The notes: a model not told the origin generated them from the sequence alone. A stretch of DNA of 64,000 nucleotides from an uncultured Gemmatimonadales bacterium (GCA_963823035.1 CAWGKG010000004.1:256001-320000), one strand, 5' to 3'; numbered from the stretch's first letter, positions 51,463-62,795 are shown. Made by a program: numbers and translations.

Positions 51463-54229
51463 TCAGTCCGCCCGCAGCGCCACGCTCGGGTCCATGCGGC
51501 TCGCGCGGCGCGCGGGCAGCCATGAGGCCAGGAGCGTGACGCCCGCCACCACCGCGAGGGCGCCGACCCACGTGGCGGGGTCGGCGACACCCACGCCGTA
51601 GACCAGCCGGCGGAGCCAGCCGGCCGCCACGGAGCCTGCGACCATCCCGAGGAGGGCGCCGAGCGCGCCCAGGCGGAAGCCGCGCATCAGGACGGTGGCG
51701 CGTACCCGGGTGGTCGTGGCGCCCACGGCCATGCGCACGCCCAGCTCTCGCGTCCGGCGCCCCACCTCCCACGCGACCACGCCGTAGAGGCCGAGCGCCG
51801 CGGCGAGCAGCGCGAGCGCGGCGTACGCGGAGAGGAGGATGAGGCCGAAGCGCGTCGGAGCGAGCGCCGTGTCCACGTAGGTGGTCATGGGCAGCACGCC
51901 CCAGACGGCCAGGCGAGGCTCCACCCCGTGCAGGGCCCGGCGGACGGCCGGCGCAAGCGAAGCCGGGTCGCCCTGCGTGCGCACCACGAACGAGACGTCG
52001 CGCGACGCCTCCTGGCGGTAGGGGACGTAGATCGTCTCCCGCGCCGGCGTCGCCAGATCGTCCTGGCGCACGGGCTCCACCACGCCCGACGATGCGCGCC
52101 TGGACCGCACGCCCGTCGAGGGGGATGCCGATCGTCGCGCCCAGCGGCGGACCCGTTCGGCGCGATGCGCGCCGCCAGCCCTGCGTCGACCACGGCCACG
52201 CGCCGGCGTTCGTCCAGGTCCTCGTCGGTGGTGAACCCGCGCCCCTCCAGGAGGCGGGTGCCGACCGCCTCGAAGTACCCCGAGGTGACCATGCGGAAGT
52301 CCGCGCGACGCGCGCTCCACTCGGACACGGCCTCACCGGGGAGCCCCCACGGCTGCGTCCAGCCCCGACCCGACAGGGGGAGCGCGCTCGTGAGCCCCAC
52401 GCTGCGGACACCGGGCACGTCGCGCACGGCTTCCTCCAGCGCGCGCACCAGGCGGGCGCGCTCGGCGGGACCGCTGTAGGCGCCCGCCACGCGCACCGAG
52501 ACGTCGAAGACGAGCGCGCCTTCGGCGTCGAAGCCCGGATCCACCCGGCGGAGCGCCTCGGCCGTTCGCAGGAGGAGCCCCGCGCCCAGGACGAGCACGA
52601 CCGACACCGCCACCTCCGCCACGACGAGGGCCTCCCGCGCCCGACCTCGGTCGAAGCGACCCTGGAGGAGTCGGGCCGCAGGGCTCCGTTCCGGCCGATG
52701 CAACCCCGCCTGGAAGACCGAGAGGCAGGCGAGGAGCAAGGCGACGCGCCGCCGGTGGCCGCGAGCACGAAGGCGAGCGGCACGCCGGGTGGGTCGACGG
52801 CGAAGCGCGCCAACGACAGCCGGGAGGATACGCCCGAGCGCCCGTGTCGCGCCCCACGCCACCAGGAGCGACGCGGTACCGCCGAGCAGCAGCAGGAGGG
52901 CCCGCTCGAGCAGGACGGAGCGAAGGAGCCGCCAGCGCGTGGCACCGAGCGCCACGCGCACCGCCCGGTCGCGCTCGCCCGCCATCCCCCGTGCCAGGAG
53001 GAGCGCGGCCAGGGAGAGGCAGGAGACGAGGAGCACGCCCTGCCGCGCCCGCGAGGAGCGACACCAGGAGGGGCCGCGCGTGGGCCGTCGCGTCGGCGTG
53101 CAGGGGCTCGGCTTCGAGGCCGAAGCCGGCGGACGCGTACCCCGGCACCTCGGCGCGGAGCGCCGCGGCCACGCCGGCCAGCTCGTCCCGCGCCCGGGCG
53201 AGCGTCGCGCCCTCGGCCAGCCTCGCCACCACGGCGCCCGTGTTGTCGGAGTCCTGGTCGACCAGGCGGCCGTCGGCCCGGACGAGGTCGGAGAGGGGGA
53301 CACGCAGGGGCACCCAGACGTCCACCTCCGTGCCGATGCCGGCCGAAGGCGGAAGCTCGAGCCTGAACCCGGCGGCGACGACGCCGAGCACGACGACGGG
53401 CTGACCGTTGAGGAGCACGGTACGGCCCGGAAGGTCGGGATCCGCATCGAAGACGCGGCGCCATGCATCGTCCGAGATCAGCACCGCCGGCGGCGCGGGG
53501 CCGTCGGGCGTGGGGCGAGGCGCGCCGGCATCCTCCTCCAGGAAGCCCCGCCCGCGCGCGACACGGCACGCCGAGGACCGCGAAGAAGTCCGGCGTGACG
53601 CCCGCGACGCGGCAGTGCTCCTGCGTGGCCGCCTCGGTCGCGGCCAGCGTACCGTCGGTGCTCCGCCCCGTGAAGGCCACCCGCGCCAGGGAGGTCACGC
53701 GCTCCGCGACGACCGCCGCGTCGGGCGCGGACACCGGAAGGTGGTGGGTCGAGCCGTGCGGGTCGCCCACACGAGGACGAGCGCGTCCGGGCGTCGCGTA
53801 GGGAGGGGGCCGGAGGAGGATCCGGTCCACGATGTCGAACACCGCGGCATTGGCGCCGATTCCCAGCGCGAGCGTGCCCACCGCCACCGCCGTGAAGCCC
53901 GCGCCGCGCAGGAGGGAGCGAGCCGCGAAACGCGCGTCCTGGCGCCATCCCATCGTCCACCTCCCCCGTTCGGCCGGGCCCGTCCGGGCCCGGCGCCCCA
54001 TGTCTCCTCACGCGCAGTGACGAAACCCGGTGCGGACCAGCGGCGCCCACTCCGCGAGCGTGCAGCGGAGGAGCGCCGCCCGACCGCGCCGCGAGGCGGC
54101 CGTGAGCTCCTCCTCGACCGTCGCGAGGAGTGGCGGGCCGTCGCGCTCCCTGGACGCTGCCGGCCAGACGCGAAGCGCGCCGGCCACCCAGCGCATGGCC
54201 CGGCGTACCTCGGATGCGCGCTCGCCCAT
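51463..54229 (-). CDS. ADOP-type duplicated permease with N-terminal helical extension (multiple frameshifts)
   Basis: [45 protein letters not shown] and [10 protein letters not shown]; lies downstream of PadR. Confidence 0.85.
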
Positions 54230-54234
54230 CCCCC

Positions 54235-54579
54235 TCAGCCCACGCCGAGGGAAGGAGGCCGCGGTCCCGAGCCAGCCGCAGGAGGTCGGCGAGCCGGGCG
54301 GCCTCCGCGCGCGCCACCGCCGCCTCCCTCCTCCGTCAGGCGGTAGTACCGGCGGCGCGGGTCCTCGTCCAGGGAGCGGCCGCCCGGGGCCTCTTCCACC
54401 CATCCGTCGTCCTGCAGCCGCGCGAGCGCGGCGTACACCGTGCCCGTGCGAAGGCGCTCGCGGCCGGTGCGTGCGCGCAGCTCCTTCAGGAGGGCGTACC
54501 CGTGCAGCCTCTCGCCCTTGAGGGCGACGAGGATCGAGAAGGCGAGATCGGTGAGCGGGAGGGAAGCGGAGGGATCCAC
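54235..54579 (-). CDS. PadR-family transcriptional regulator (frameshift near C-terminus)
   Basis: ILVAL...HGYAL, GTVYAALARL and RRRYYRLTEEG. Confidence 0.9.
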   Translation of the reverse strand: MDPSASLPLTDLAFSILVALKGERLHGYALLKELRARTGRERLRTGTVYAALARLQDDGWVEEAPGGRSLDEDPRRRYYRLTEEGGGGGARGGRPARRPPAAGSGPRPPSLGVG

Positions 54580-54585
54580 GGGCTA

Positions 54586-54620
54586 TGCACTCGTTAGAGG
54601 TATACTGTCCACGAGTATAT
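54586..54620. promoter_or_regulatory. Candidate PadR operator palindrome(s)
   Basis: TATACT-N7-AGTATA at 54601-54619, with an overlapping degenerate copy TGCACTCGTTAGAGGTATA at 54586-54604. Confidence 0.55.
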
Positions 54621-54714
54621 CATGCCCCGGGCCGCGCCGCAACGAGGTCCTGTGTCCGCGCCGACGCGCGCCGCCTACGTTCCACCCGGTCATCCACCGT
54701 ATCCGGAGGGTCCC

Positions 54715-55657
54715 ATGTCCCGTCGTCCCTCGCACGCCGCCCGCATCGTCGGAAGCCTCGTTGTCCCGCTCCTTGGTCTGGGCGTGCTGGCCTGCGGTGG
54801 GGGTGGCGACGCACAGGCCGATGCGGATGCGTCGATGGCGTCGGGGGAGATACGGGTCGAGGGCTTCGCCACGCCCGAGTCCGTGCTGCACGACACCGTC
54901 GCCGACGTCTACCTCGTGTCGAACATCGACGGCGACCCGTTGGAGCGGGACGGCAACGGCTTCATCTCCCGCCTGTCGCCGGACGGGCAGGTGCTCGAGC
55001 GCGCGTGGATCGCCGGGGGGGCCAACGGCGTGACGCTCAACGCCCCGAAGGGGATGGCGATCCAGGGCGGTACGCTGTACGTGGCGGACATCGACTGCCT
55101 GCGTCTCTTCGATCGGGAGACCGGTGCGCACAAGAAGGACGTGTGCCTGAAGAACGCGACGTTCCTCAACGACGTCGCGACCTCGGGGGACGGCTCGGTG
55201 TTCTTCACGGACTCGGGGCTCGAAGGCGGCGCCCGAAGGCCTCGCCCCCTCGGGGACGGACGCCGTCTATCGGCTGATCGACGACGACCGGGTGGTCGCC
55301 GTGAAGAAGGACCCGGCCCTCGGAGCGCCCAACGGCCTCACCGTCGGATCGAGGGGGATCCTGGTGGTGTCGTTCGGCTCGGGAGAGGTGTACCGGCTGG
55401 ACGCCGAGGGGAACCGGACGGACATGATGCCGGCCAGCCAACGCCAGCTCGACGGGATCGCGATGCTCCCCGACGGTGGCTTCGTGATGTCGAGCTGGGG
55501 CGATTCCGCCGTCTACCGTGTCGGCGGCGACGGAAAGGTCTCGAAGGCCGTGGAGCACCTCGACGGGCCGGCGGACATCGGGTACGACGCCGTCCGCAAC
55601 CGCGTGCTCATCCCGCTGTACAACACGGGCGTGGTCATCATCCACCCGCTGGGCTGA
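54715..55657 (+). CDS. SMP-30/gluconolactonase-like beta-propeller lipoprotein (frameshift near 55230)
   Basis: Lipobox VLAC, GFATPESV, DGNGFISRL, LNAPKGM, FLNDV, PNGL, LDGI and PADIGYD. Confidence 0.85.
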
Positions 55658-55711
55658 GGCCGCCCGGCGCCGACACGCCCGAACGTGCAGCCCACGCCTG
55701 CGTGGCGAGCC

Positions 55712-57928
55712 TCAGAAGAGGGTGATCTGCCTCGCGTACTTCACGATGAGGCCGCGGTGCACGGGCTCTCCCAACCGGCCGAGTCGCGCGGCGTTGCGCG
55801 CGTCGTTGTACACCAGGTAGAGGCCCGTCCCGGCCGTGGACAGCCAGGCGAAGCGCACGTTGGCGGACCAGACGTCCGCCTGGTCGGAGTACTGGAAGAG
55901 CGACTGCAGGAAGACGTTCGGGGAGAAGAAGTAGGCCAGGCGCAGGCCGAGGAGCGTCGTCTCGAAGTCGCCCTCCGGGAGACGCACGATGTTGTGGTCC
56001 ACCAGGAGCGAGCTGGACATCGTCTCGCCGCTGCGCACGGTGAAGGTCACGTTGCCGCCGTACTTGTGGCCGGTGTAGAAGCCGCCGAACTCGGCGCGCC
56101 CCAGGAAGGAGAAGGGGCGGCTGGGGTCGATGGCGTAGTCCCAGGCGTTCGTCGTCCACCGGTACGAGCCCGCCGGGATGAACACGTTCGGCGACACCTC
56201 GAAAGGCTCGCGCAGCCCCTCCTGCGACACGTCGATCTCCGGGCCGAACCGGCCGCCGCCCTCGAACTTCAGCTCGGCGTCCATGTGCAGGTAGCCCGTC
56301 TCCAGGAAGCCGTCGAAGTCCTCGTAGCGGCGATAGGTGACGTGCGGGTTCGACTCCCGCAGCCAGGGCACGGAGGGGAAGCGGAAGATCCGCTCCTGGT
56401 TGATCTCGATGTGGCGGTAGCCCCGGCGGTCGACGAAGCCGACCTCCGGGTTGAAGTCGTCGCCCACCTGCATGAAGCGGATCCGCCCCGGCCAGACGCG
56501 GCTCTCGTGCGTGAGCAGGAGCGCCGCGCCCACGTCGCGCCCGTCCAGGCCCGGCGTCTGCGTGCGGGCGATCCAGGCGTCCACCGTCCAGTCGTCCCCC
56601 AGTCCGAGTCTTCCGTCCGCGCCCCAGGTACGGTTGTAGTCGGCCCCGTCGTGCACGGCGCGCCGCTGCACGAAGATCGCGCCCGCTCGCGACCGGTTCG
56701 GAAGCTCGTGCGTGACCCGCGCCACGGAGAAGGAGCTCTCGCCGGTGACCCCGTCCACCGCGTCGGTGAAGATCTGCATCACGCCGACGCCTACGCCCGC
56801 CAGCTTCCCGCTCAGGCGGCCGCCGCCCAGGATGGGGACCGGGGTGCCGTCGTCCGAGATGCCGATCCGGCGCGTGAAGAAGAGGTCGGCGGCCTGCGGC
56901 GTGCCGGCGCTGAACAGCCCCGCGTTCTCCAGGAAGAAGGGCCGCTTCTCGGGGAAGAAGAGGGGGAAGCGCGTCAGGTTCGTGCGTTGCTCGTCCACCT
57001 CCACCTGGGCGAAGTCCGTGTTGGCGGTGAGGTCGAGCGTCAGGCTCCCGAAGGTGAGCTTCGCGTCCGCGCCGACCTCGCGGCCCCAGTCGGTCTCGAC
57101 CGGGAGCGCGTCGTAGCTGCGCTCGGCGGAGCCGAGGACGAAGGGCGTGATGGTCCCCGCGCGCTGGGCCGGGGGCGCCAGCCCCTGCAGGTCGCCCGCC
57201 TGAGAGAGGCGCATGATGTCGTACTGGCGTGAGACCGGCGACCAGAACGCCTCCTCGTTCCTCCGCCGGATGCGCCGTACCAGGTTCATCCCCCACGTCT
57301 GCGGGTTGCCCGACCCGTAGCGCAGCGTCGTGAAGGGGATGCGCATCTCGGCGTACCAACCCTCGGCGTCGCGGGAGGACGCCACCTCCCAGCTCCCGTC
57401 CCAGTTCACGTTCAGCCCGCCCATGGCGCCCGCCTGCTGGCGGTTCTGTCCCTGCTGGAAGACGCCGCCGCCCTGGCCCTCCTTCACCACCTGGGCGTCG
57501 TACTCGATCCCGGCCGGCGTGGTCGAGAAGAGGAAGCCGTTCTGCCGGTCGCGGTACGTGTCGAGGATGATGCCGAAGTAGTCGCCGCGCTCGAGGTCCG
57601 CGTCGCGGATGCGCTCGCCCATCACGATCTCGTCGGGGCTGCGGTCGTAGAGCCAGGCGCCGACATAGAGGGCCTGGCCGTCCACGAGGATCCGGACCTC
57701 CGTGCGCTCCGAGACCGGCTCGCCCTCCACGGGCTCCCGCTGCACGAAGCCGACGATCGCGGGAACGCTGGTCCACACGGCCTCGTCCAGCTTCCCGTCC
57801 ACGATCGGTGCGGTCTCGACGGAGGCGATGGCGGTTACCACGCGTGCATCCCCCACCTGGCGGGCGCGGGTGGGGGTTGCCGTGAAGGCCGACACGGTGA
57901 AGGCGAGGAGGAGAGCGTGTCGTATCAT
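55712..57928 (-). CDS. CBM9-like/DUF5916 outer-membrane protein
   Basis: PIVDGKLDEAVW, WYAEMRIPF, NTDFAQVEVD, FFPEKRPFFLEN, LFFTRRIG and a C-terminal Phe. Confidence 0.85.
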   Translation of the reverse strand: MIRHALLLAFTVSAFTATPTRARQVGDARVVTAIASVETAPIVDGKLDEAVWTSVPAIVGFVQREPVEGEPVSERTEVRILVDGQALYVGAWLYDRSPDEIVMGERIRDADLERGDYFGIILDTYRDRQNGFLFSTTPAGIEYDAQVVKEGQGGGVFQQGQNRQQAGAMGGLNVNWDGSWEVASSRDAEGWYAEMRIPFTTLRYGSGNPQTWGMNLVRRIRRRNEEAFWSPVSRQYDIMRLSQAGDLQGLAPPAQRAGTITPFVLGSAERSYDALPVETDWGREVGADAKLTFGSLTLDLTANTDFAQVEVDEQRTNLTRFPLFFPEKRPFFLENAGLFSAGTPQAADLFFTRRIGISDDGTPVPILGGGRLSGKLAGVGVGVMQIFTDAVDGVTGESSFSVARVTHELPNRSRAGAIFVQRRAVHDGADYNRTWGADGRLGLGDDWTVDAWIARTQTPGLDGRDVGAALLLTHESRVWPGRIRFMQVGDDFNPEVGFVDRRGYRHIEINQERIFRFPSVPWLRESNPHVTYRRYEDFDGFLETGYLHMDAELKFEGGGRFGPEIDVSQEGLREPFEVSPNVFIPAGSYRWTTNAWDYAIDPSRPFSFLGRAEFGGFYTGHKYGGNVTFTVRSGETMSSSLLVDHNIVRLPEGDFETTLLGLRLAYFFSPNVFLQSLFQYSDQADVWSANVRFAWLSTAGTGLYLVYNDARNAARLGRLGEPVHRGLIVKYARQITLF

Positions 57929-58133
57929 TCCCCGACGGGCGGCGGAAGGTGATGGGAAGGGCGGCCGGAACGATACGCGACCCGCCCGCGCCAGCAAGGG
58001 GACGCCGGGATGGGTCGCCCGGGTGACCGAGAGGGGGGAGCCTCTGTTTGTAACGATTTGACCACCAGAAGGTGCATGGATTAGCTATGAATGCGTGACG
58101 GTTGTTCGGCCGGACCTGGGCGAGGAGGTGGCC

Positions 58134-58538
58134 ATGAGGGGGAAGAGGATCCTAACGGGAGCGGCGCTGGCGGCGGCCGTCGTGCTGGGCACGGCCTGTG
58201 CCTCCGCGAACCCCTGGGCGCGTAGTGACCGGGCCGGGCGGATGAGGGCCGCCGCGGCCGATCCCTCGAGCACGTGCGACGTCGAGGTGCTCAACGCGAC
58301 GGACCGGGTGCTCGACACGTCGCTGCTCCTCGGCGGGGCGCCCCGGAGCCTGGGCCTCGTCACCTCCGGGCAGAGCGTCACCTTCCCGGTGGCGTGCGCC
58401 ATCGGGCGCATCACGGCGCTCGGCATCTCCCAGGATCTCGGGATGAGCGCGGAGCGTACCTTCCGGAGCGTGGCCCCCCTCGATCTCGTGCGCGCGACGC
58501 GCGTCCGGCTCACGCAGGCCGACGAGGTGCGCAACTAG
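58134..58538 (+). CDS. Hypothetical lipoprotein
   Basis: RBS GAGGAGG and lipobox GTAC. Confidence 0.7.
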   Translation: MRGKRILTGAALAAAVVLGTACASANPWARSDRAGRMRAAAADPSSTCDVEVLNATDRVLDTSLLLGGAPRSLGLVTSGQSVTFPVACAIGRITALGISQDLGMSAERTFRSVAPLDLVRATRVRLTQADEVRN

Positions 58539-58599
58539 GCGCGCCGCCCGCTCGCGTTCGAACCGACCCATCCTGCTTCCCTTTCGCGACCCATGTCTG

Positions 58600-58628
58600 T
58601 AACATAGGTTGAATACCAACATATGTTA
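58600..58628. promoter_or_regulatory. Candidate PadR operator palindrome
   Basis: TAACATAGGTTG-N5-CAACATATGTTA (11/12 arm match), an AT-rich island about 40 nt upstream of padR. Confidence 0.6.
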
Positions 58629-58670
58629 TGTGCGTGTCCCGCGTGACGTTCCACGGGTGAAGGAGGTCGG

Positions 58671-59003
58671 GTGTCCGCACGACGAGCGTTTCCGCTGGGG
58701 GCCGTCATGGTGCTCCACGCCCTGGCCCGCGGCCATCGCCACGGGTTCGACATCCTCGAGCAGACGGGGCTGACGAGCGGGACGGTGTATCCGGCGCTGG
58801 ATCGGCTGGAGGCGGCGGGCCTGGCACGCTCCTCCTGGGAGGACGCGGCCGTGGCCCACGCGGAGAAGCGCCCGCCCCGCCGCTACTTCGAGATCACGGA
58901 CGAGGGGAAGGCGGAGCTCATCCGTGCCCTCGATCGCTATGGCGCGCTCGCGCCCGTGAGGATCGACGGCGTGCTCCACCCGCACAGCGGGGAGCCGGCG
59001 TGA
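58671..59003 (+). CDS. PadR-family transcriptional regulator
   Basis: HGFDI, SGTVYPALDRLE and RPPRRYFEITDEG; GTGA overlap with the permease. Confidence 0.9.
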   Translation: MSARRAFPLGAVMVLHALARGHRHGFDILEQTGLTSGTVYPALDRLEAAGLARSSWEDAAVAHAEKRPPRRYFEITDEGKAELIRALDRYGALAPVRIDGVLHPHSGEPA

Positions 59004-61633
59004 GCGACGTGCCCGCGGCGGCCCGCCTGGTCGTTCGTGTCGCGGCGCTCGTGGTGCCGCGGCGCCGGCGGGCCTCCTGGCGGCGGCAGTGGGATGGGGA
59101 GATGGCACACCGGGTCCGCGCCCACGGCGCCACGGGCAGCCTGCGCTTCTCGCTGGGGGCCCTCGCGCACGCGGTCTACCTGAGACGGGAGGAGGGGAGC
59201 ATGACGGGATGGATCGGGGACCTCAGACACGCGGCGCGGATGCTCGTGAGGCGTCCGGCCTTCACCGCGCTCTCGGTGCTCACGCTCGCCGTGGGCATCG
59301 GTGCCGCCACGGCCGTGTTCAGCCTCGCGGAAGCGCTTCTGCTGCGCCCGCTGCCGCTCGAGGACGGGAACCGGTTGGTGGGCCTCTACTCGTCGAACCC
59401 CTCGAGCGGGTGGGATCGGTTCAACGTGTCCTGGCCGGACTACGTCGACTGGACGGCGCAGGAGGACCTCTTCGCGTCATCCGCCTACTATGACGTGGTG
59501 GACACGGACCTCTCCGGCGAGGGCGAGCCCGTGCGCCTCTCCGGCGCGGAGGTCGGCCGCGGCTTCTTCGAGACCCTCGGCACCCGGGCGATCCTTGGCC
59601 GCACGCTCGGCGACGACGACCAGGACGGGCGCAACGAGGCCACCGTCGTCTTCGCGGAAGGCGTGTGGCGCCGCCTCTTCGGAGGCGACCCGTCGGTCGT
59701 CGGCCGGACGGTGCATCTGGACGGGGACGCCTACACGGTGGTGGGTGTGGTCCCCGACGCGGAATCCTGGCCCCTGACGGCAGACTTCTGGGTGCCCCTG
59801 CGCTTCGGCCCGCATCCCCCCGAGTGGGTGGACCGGCGATCCAACCACACCTGGCAGGCGCTGGCGCGCCTCCGCCCGGGTGTCGCGGTGGCGACCGCGT
59901 CGCGTCGCGTGGGGGAGGTCGCCCATCGCTGGTACGACACGAACGCCAGCGGCACCGAGGTCGGCACGACCGGGATCGTGGTGCCGCTGCGCAGCACGGT
60001 CGCGCCGGACGCGGCGCCCGTGATCCTCGGCGTCATGGGCCTTGCGGTCTTCTTCGTGCTCCTGATCGCGTGCATGAACCAGTCGAACCTCCTCTTCACG
60101 CACGCGTGGGGGAGGGCGCGCGAGCTATCCCTGCGCTCCGCATTGGGAGCGGGGCGCGCGCGGCTGGTGGCGCTCCTCCTCGGCGAGTCGCTCCTCCTCT
60201 CGCTCGCGGGCGGGGCCTTGGGCGTGGCGCTGGCCGGAGCGGCGCTGGGGCCGGCCACGCGGCTGGCGCCCATGACGCTGCCACGGTCCCTGGGCGTGCG
60301 CCTCGACTGGCGGGTGTTGTCGGGTGCGGTCGCCATCTCCCTGATGGCGTCCGTGCTGGCCGGACTGCTCCCGGCGCTGCGGGCGTCGCGCGGCTCGGTG
60401 GCGGACGCGCTCAAGGAGGGCTCGGTCCAGTCCGGTCAGGGGCGAGGGGGGCGGCGCCTGCGGCGCGCCATGGTCGTCACCCAGCTCGCGCTCTCGGTCG
60501 TCCTGCTCACGGCGGCGGGTCTCACGATCCGCACGTTCCGGGCGCAACTCGCCGCCGACGCCGGCTTCGACACCGACGACCTCCTCACGTTCACGGTCCG
60601 CCTGCCGACCGCCCGCTACCCCGACAACGCGCTGCGTACGCAGTTCTTCGACGACGCGGTGCGCCGACTGAAGGGGCTGCCGGGTGTGGCGGACGCCACC
60701 GTCACCTCCCGCCTGCCCGTGGGGGCGGCGAGCTCCAGCCTCTACCGGGTCTTCCTCTTCGAGGGCGCCCCGGAACCTCCCGCGGGCCCCGACTTCGGCG
60801 CGACCTGGGTGACGGTGGATCCCGGGTACTTCCCCACCACCGGCATCCATCCTGTCCGCGGTCGCGCGTTCACGGAGGACGACGGAGCGGACGGGCCCCC
60901 CGTCCTCCTGGTCAACGAGACGCTCGCACGACGCATGTCGCCGGAGCAGGACATCGTGGGCCGGCGCATCCAGTCCTGGCGGGACGAGCGCAAGCTCCGT
61001 GACGTGGTGGGCGTGGTGCCCGACATCCAGTTCGGGACGATGACCGGACGCGACGAGCCCGCCGTGTTCGTCCCGGCGGCCCAGGCGGTACGCTCCCAGA
61101 TGTCCTTCATGGTGCGGGCCACTTCGGACCCGGCGGCCCTCGTACCGGTCGTCAGGACGGCCATGGCCGAGCTGGACGCCGACGTGGCGCTGGCGGAGAT
61201 GGGCACGCTGACCGACGCGCACAGGCAGGCCCTCGCGGGCGTGCGTTTCGTGATGGTGCTCTTCGGAGTCTTCGGCGCGCTCGCGCTCGTGCTCGCCGTG
61301 GGGGGTGTCTACGGCCTGGTGGCGTACTCGGTTTCCCGACGCACCCGGGAGATCGGCATCCGCGTCGCGATGGGGGCCTCGGGGGGCAGTGTCCAGGCCG
61401 GTGTCGTCGCCGAGGGCGTAGGCCTCGCGGCCACGGGAATCGCCCTGGGGCTCGCGCTCGCCATGGTGGCCGCCCGGGCCCTGGCCTCCACGGTGGTGGG
61501 GCTGAGTTGGCTGGATCCGGTCGCGCTGGGCGGTGTGGCCGGGCTGCTCGGCGTGGCGACGCTGCTCGCCAGCTGGATCCCTGCCCGTCGCGTGCTGCGC
61601 GTGGACCCCGTGGAGGCGCTCAGGCGCGAGTGA
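59000..61633 (+). CDS. ADOP-type duplicated permease with N-terminal helical extension
   Basis: WRRQWDGEM extension, DLRHAARML, TLAVGIGA, LLIACMN and RRTREIGIRVAMGA; intact 877 aa. Confidence 0.92.
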   Translation: MSDVPAAARLVVRVAALVVPRRRRASWRRQWDGEMAHRVRAHGATGSLRFSLGALAHAVYLRREEGSMTGWIGDLRHAARMLVRRPAFTALSVLTLAVGIGAATAVFSLAEALLLRPLPLEDGNRLVGLYSSNPSSGWDRFNVSWPDYVDWTAQEDLFASSAYYDVVDTDLSGEGEPVRLSGAEVGRGFFETLGTRAILGRTLGDDDQDGRNEATVVFAEGVWRRLFGGDPSVVGRTVHLDGDAYTVVGVVPDAESWPLTADFWVPLRFGPHPPEWVDRRSNHTWQALARLRPGVAVATASRRVGEVAHRWYDTNASGTEVGTTGIVVPLRSTVAPDAAPVILGVMGLAVFFVLLIACMNQSNLLFTHAWGRARELSLRSALGAGRARLVALLLGESLLLSLAGGALGVALAGAALGPATRLAPMTLPRSLGVRLDWRVLSGAVAISLMASVLAGLLPALRASRGSVADALKEGSVQSGQGRGGRRLRRAMVVTQLALSVVLLTAAGLTIRTFRAQLAADAGFDTDDLLTFTVRLPTARYPDNALRTQFFDDAVRRLKGLPGVADATVTSRLPVGAASSSLYRVFLFEGAPEPPAGPDFGATWVTVDPGYFPTTGIHPVRGRAFTEDDGADGPPVLLVNETLARRMSPEQDIVGRRIQSWRDERKLRDVVGVVPDIQFGTMTGRDEPAVFVPAAQAVRSQMSFMVRATSDPAALVPVVRTAMAELDADVALAEMGTLTDAHRQALAGVRFVMVLFGVFGALALVLAVGGVYGLVAYSVSRRTREIGIRVAMGASGGSVQAGVVAEGVGLAATGIALGLALAMVAARALASTVVGLSWLDPVALGGVAGLLGVATLLASWIPARRVLRVDPVEALRRE

Positions 61634-62657
61634 GCCGGCGCGCCACCCACGCAGAATCCTCCCGGGCGCGGGCCTCGTTCAGCGTCGCGTCCATGATCCA
61701 CACGGTGTCGCCCGAGGCGATCGCGGCCTCGTTGTACATGCGATGCGCGAGGAGGAACGCACCTTCGCCGATGCGCACCGTGTCCGGACGCATCGCCTCG
61801 GGATCACCGTGGATCGAGGCCGGATGGACGCCCCGCACGTCGGCGGGAAGGGCTGGGAGGGCCGCGTCCGCCGCGGGCATGAGCTCGATCTCCCCGACCG
61901 TGCGCTCCATGTCCACCTCGCCGTCCCGGATGCGGAAGGCGGCGGCGGGCATGAAGCCCTCGTCGCCCGCTTCGATCCAGGTGGACCAGAGCATCTCCTC
62001 GTGCAGCTGCCCCCACGTCTCGTGCGGCACGGTGCGGTCGAGCTTGACCGGGAAGCCCGACTCGCGGTCGAGGAAGAGCCGCTCCGGACGGCCGCGCACG
62101 GTGCGCTCGAGGACCAGACGGTCGTCGTCGCGGTAGGGGCACAGCCCGACCACGCGCGCGTCCCCGGCCTCCACCCAGTCGCCCACCACGGCCCACGGGT
62201 TCATCTCGCGCTGCGGGCGGGAGAAGGGGTCGAACGCCGGCACCTCGCGCAGCTCGCCCTTCTGCTCGAGCCACACGGAGCGTGCGTCCGTGATGGAGGT
62301 GCGGGCCGGGGCGCCGCCCCGCGGATAGAGCCAGGTGATGCGGGCACGCTCTGCGCGCGTCGCCGGATCGTACCACGTCTCGGAGGTTTGCATCGCCGAG
62401 AAGAACGGCGGATAGGTGCGGTCCGACTGGAAGTTCTGCACGGTGCGCGCGGCGGAGCCGAAGTGCAGCACGGAGCCGTCGTGCGGAACGCCCATCACGC
62501 GCACCGCGCGTTCGAGGGCAGCGGCCGCGTTCGCGCCGGTGGGCGGCGGCGTGCAAGCCGGGGGAGTCTGCGCACCGGCCGGGGACACGACCGCGGCGGT
62601 CGGCAACACGAGCAGGAGCGCGCGAACGGCGCGCGCGGTGATCCGTCCCATCCTCAT
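61620..62657 (-). pseudogene. Secreted protein truncated just before a probable metallo-beta-lactamase domain
   Basis: Signal peptide and a beta-rich N-terminal domain. Ends at GDTVWIMDATLNEARA...WVARR with no HxHxDH-type core, and its stop overlaps the convergent permease. Confidence 0.5.
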
Positions 62658-62795
62658 CTTCGTCCTCCTCACGAATGGATCGAACGAACAAGGTAACGAA
62701 GGGGAGGGTGCGGTCCTTACACCCCGCGGGGATTGGCCGCGGCGAAGCGGCGGGGCGCTCGCGCGAGGGCCGCGTGCGTGCCAAGTTCGCCGGCC

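Noticed and set aside
62769..62784. Possible sigma54 site TTGGCACG-CACG-CGGC on the minus strand
   Set aside because: The -12 element lacks TTGC; too weak in GC-rich DNA.
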